Assembly: GCA_035221665.1 (NCBI GenBank) | Contig: CM069145.1 | Coordinates: 61,132,001 to 61,196,000 of the forward strand | DNA length: 64,000 nucleotides | From: Okamejei kenojei | Lineage: Eukaryota | Direction: 5' to 3' | In this document: piece after piece, positions 61,280 through 64,000 of the stretch | Layout: the number at the start of each line of letters is the position of its first letter | Position numbering within the stretch: position 1 is the first letter of the stretch | Translations under genes and position numbers: made by a program | Notes under the pieces: generated by a model | What the model was told of the DNA's origin: nothing | Database searches by the model: none | What the model saw: only the letters and a program-made list of their open reading frames with translations

Positions 61280-64000
61280 TATAGAAGTTGGGACGTTATG
61301 GCATGGAGATTTGCAAAGGCTACTGGGGAGACTTTAAACTAGAAAGGCTGGGGGGAGGGACTCAGGTAGAGGGGGCTAGGGGACAGGGTGTGGGGCAAGA
61401 GGCAGAGAAGGGAAGCACTCGGACCCAAAATGTAGGCGAGAAAGAGGAAAAAGATAATTGACAGAGAATAAGGGATGGTGGGTTTCTAAAATGTGTATAT
61501 TTTAATGCTAGGAGCATTGTAAGAAAGGTGGATGAACCTGGAAATATGATGTTGTGGCAATCAGTAAAACATGGTTGCAGGAGGGCTGTGATTGGAAACT
61601 AAATATTCCAGGATTTCATTGCTTCAGGTGTGAGAGAATTGGAGGTGTTGCATTGCTTGTCAGAGAGGATATTACAGCAGTGCTTTGGCAGGATAGATTA
61701 GAGGGCTCGTCTAGGGAGGCTATTTGGGTGGAACTGAGAAGTGGGAACGGTGTAGCAACACTTTTAGGGGTGTATTATAGACCGCCAAATGGGGAGCGAG
61801 AATTGGAAGAGCAAATGTGCAAGGAGATAGCAGATATTAGTAGTAAGCACAAGGTAGTGATTGTGGGAGATTTCAATTTTCCAAAAATAGACTGGGAAAC
61901 ACATTCTGTAAATGGGCTGGATGGTTTGGAGTTTGTAAAATGTGTGCAGGATAGTTGTTTGCAGCAGTACATAGAGGTATCGACCAGAGAAGGGGCAGTG
62001 TTGGACCTCCCGTTAGGAAATGAGGCAGGGTCAGGTGATGGAGGTATGCGTTGGTGAGCACTTCGGGACCAGTGATCACAATACCATTAGTTTCAATATA
62101 ATTATGGAGAGAGTCAGAACTGGACCTAGGGTGGAGATTTTTGATTGGAGAAAGGCTAACTTTGAGGGAATGCGTAAGGATTTAAAAGGACACTTTGTTT
62201 TATGGGAAGGATGTAGAAGAGAAATGGAGGACATTTAAAGGGGAAATTGTAAGAGTACAGAATCTTTATGTTCCTGTTAGGTTGAAAGGAAATAGTAAAA
62301 ATTGGAAAGAGCCATGGTTTTCAAGGGAAATTGGACTTGTTTCGAAAAAAAGAGAAATATCTACAATAATTATAGGAGGCATGGAGTAAATGAGGTGCTA
62401 GAGGAGTATAAAGAATGTAAAAAGAATCTTAAGAAAAAAATTAGGAAGGCTAAAAGAAGATATGAGGTTGCTTTGGCATGAAAGGTGAAAGTAAATCCAA
62501 AGGGTTTCTACAGCTATATTAATAGCAAAAGGATAACGAGGGATAAAATTGGACCATTAGAGAGCCAGAATGGACAGCTATCTGCAGAGCCAAAAGAGAT
62601 GGGGGAGATATTGAACAATTTCTTTTCTTTGGTATTCACCAAGGAGAATAATATTGAACTCTGTGAGGTATGGGGAAAAAAGTAGAGTTGCTATGGAAAC
62701 AATGAGATTCAAAGAGGAGGAAGTACTGACACTTTTGAAAAATATAAAAGTGGATAAGTCTCCAGGTCCTGACAGGATATTCCCTAGGACATTGAGGGAA
62801 GTTAGTGTAGAAATAGCAGGAGCTACGACAGAAATATTTCAAATGTCATTAGAAACGGGAATAGTGCCTGAGGATTGGCGTACTGCGCATGTTGTTCCAT
62901 TGTTTAAAAAGGGGTCAAAGAATAAACCTAGCAATTATAGACCTGTTAGTTTGATGTCAGTGTGTGGCAAATTAATGGAAAGGATACTTAGAGATAATAT
63001 ATATAAGCATCTGGATAAATAGGTCTGATCAGGAACAGTCAACATGGATTTGTGCCTGGAAGGTCATGTTTGACAAACCTTCTTGAATTTTTTGAAGCGG
63101 TTACTAGGGAAATTGATGAGGGTAAAGCAGTGGATGTTGTCTATATGGATTTTAGTAAGGCCTTTGACAAGGTTCCCCATGGAAGGTTGGTTTAAGAAGG
63201 TTCAATCTTTGGGTGTTAATGGCAGAGTAGCAAGATGGATTCAACAGTGGCTGAATGGGAGATGTCAGAGAGTAATGGTGGATGGCTGTTTGTCAGGTTG
63301 GAAGCCGGTGACCAGTGGGGTGCCTCAGGGATCTGTGTTGGGTCCACTGTTGTTTGTCACGTACATCAATGATCTGGATGATGGGATGGAAAATTGGATA
63401 AGTAAGTATGCAGATGATACTAAGATAGGTGGTGTTGTGGATAATGAAGTAGATTTTCAAAGTCTACAGAGAGATTTGGGCCATTTGGAAAAGTGGGCTG
63501 GAAAATGGCAGATCGAGTTTAATGCTGATAAGTGTGAAGTGCTACACCTTGGCAGGACAAATCAAAATAGGACGTACATGGTAAATGGTAGGGAATTGAG
63601 GAATGCTGTGGAACAGAGAGATCTAGGAATAACTGTGCATAGTTCCCTGAAGGTGGAATCGCATGTAGATAGGGTGGTAAAGAAAGCCTTTGGTGTGCTG
63701 GCCTTTATAAATCAGAGCATTGAATATAGGAGTAGGGAAGTAATGTTTAAAATTGTACAAGGCATTGGTTAAGACCAATTCTGGAGTATGGTGTATAATT
63801 TTGGTCGCCTAATTATAGGAAGGATGTCAACAAAATAGAGAGAGTACAGAGGAGATTTACTAGAATGTTGCCTGGGTTCCAGCAACTATGTTACAGAGAA
63901 AGGTTGAACAAGTTAGGTCTTTATTCTTTGGAGAGCGCAGAAGGTTAATGGGGACATGATTGAGGTCTTTAAAATGATGAAAGGGATAGACAGAGTTGAT
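61280..64000 (+). mobile_element. Long young CR1 copy: end of ORF1 and ORF2 endonuclease plus RT, disrupted by stops and frameshifts; runs off the window
   Basis: [62 protein letters not shown]. Confidence 0.95.

Overview
Vertebrate genomic DNA, by inference from a cartilaginous fish and probably a skate or ray. The basis is IgW-class heavy-chain exons together with CR1, V-SINE and Penelope repeats. Most of the window is repeat: CR1 LINEs (including three copies of one young subfamily), L1, Rex/Babar-type LINE 3' ends, Penelope ends with hammerhead motifs, three TIR DNA elements, and several minisatellites. There is a 500-N gap at 17588-18087, and the sequence from about 14.5 to 25 kb looks error-rich. 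Recognisable host sequences are: (1) a C14orf119/DUF4508 coding exon (+, 13525-13953) with an in-frame TGA; (2) probable last exons of a convergent membrane-protein gene, possibly CIROP/LMLN2; (3) a damaged IgW-like heavy-chain remnant in which a truncated, frameshifted CH4-type exon is followed by an intact TM exon, with no CH5/CH6 recognisable between them; (4) an orphan TDP2-like UBA exon (-, 43651-43836); (5) a CpG-island promoter with seven CCAAT boxes and a short first exon. Other notable structure includes a ~1.6-kb YY1-motif array, a 4.6-kb G-rich satellite, a foldback MITE, and a local duplication bracketing the Ig remnant. All homology calls come from recalled family motifs; no database searches were run.
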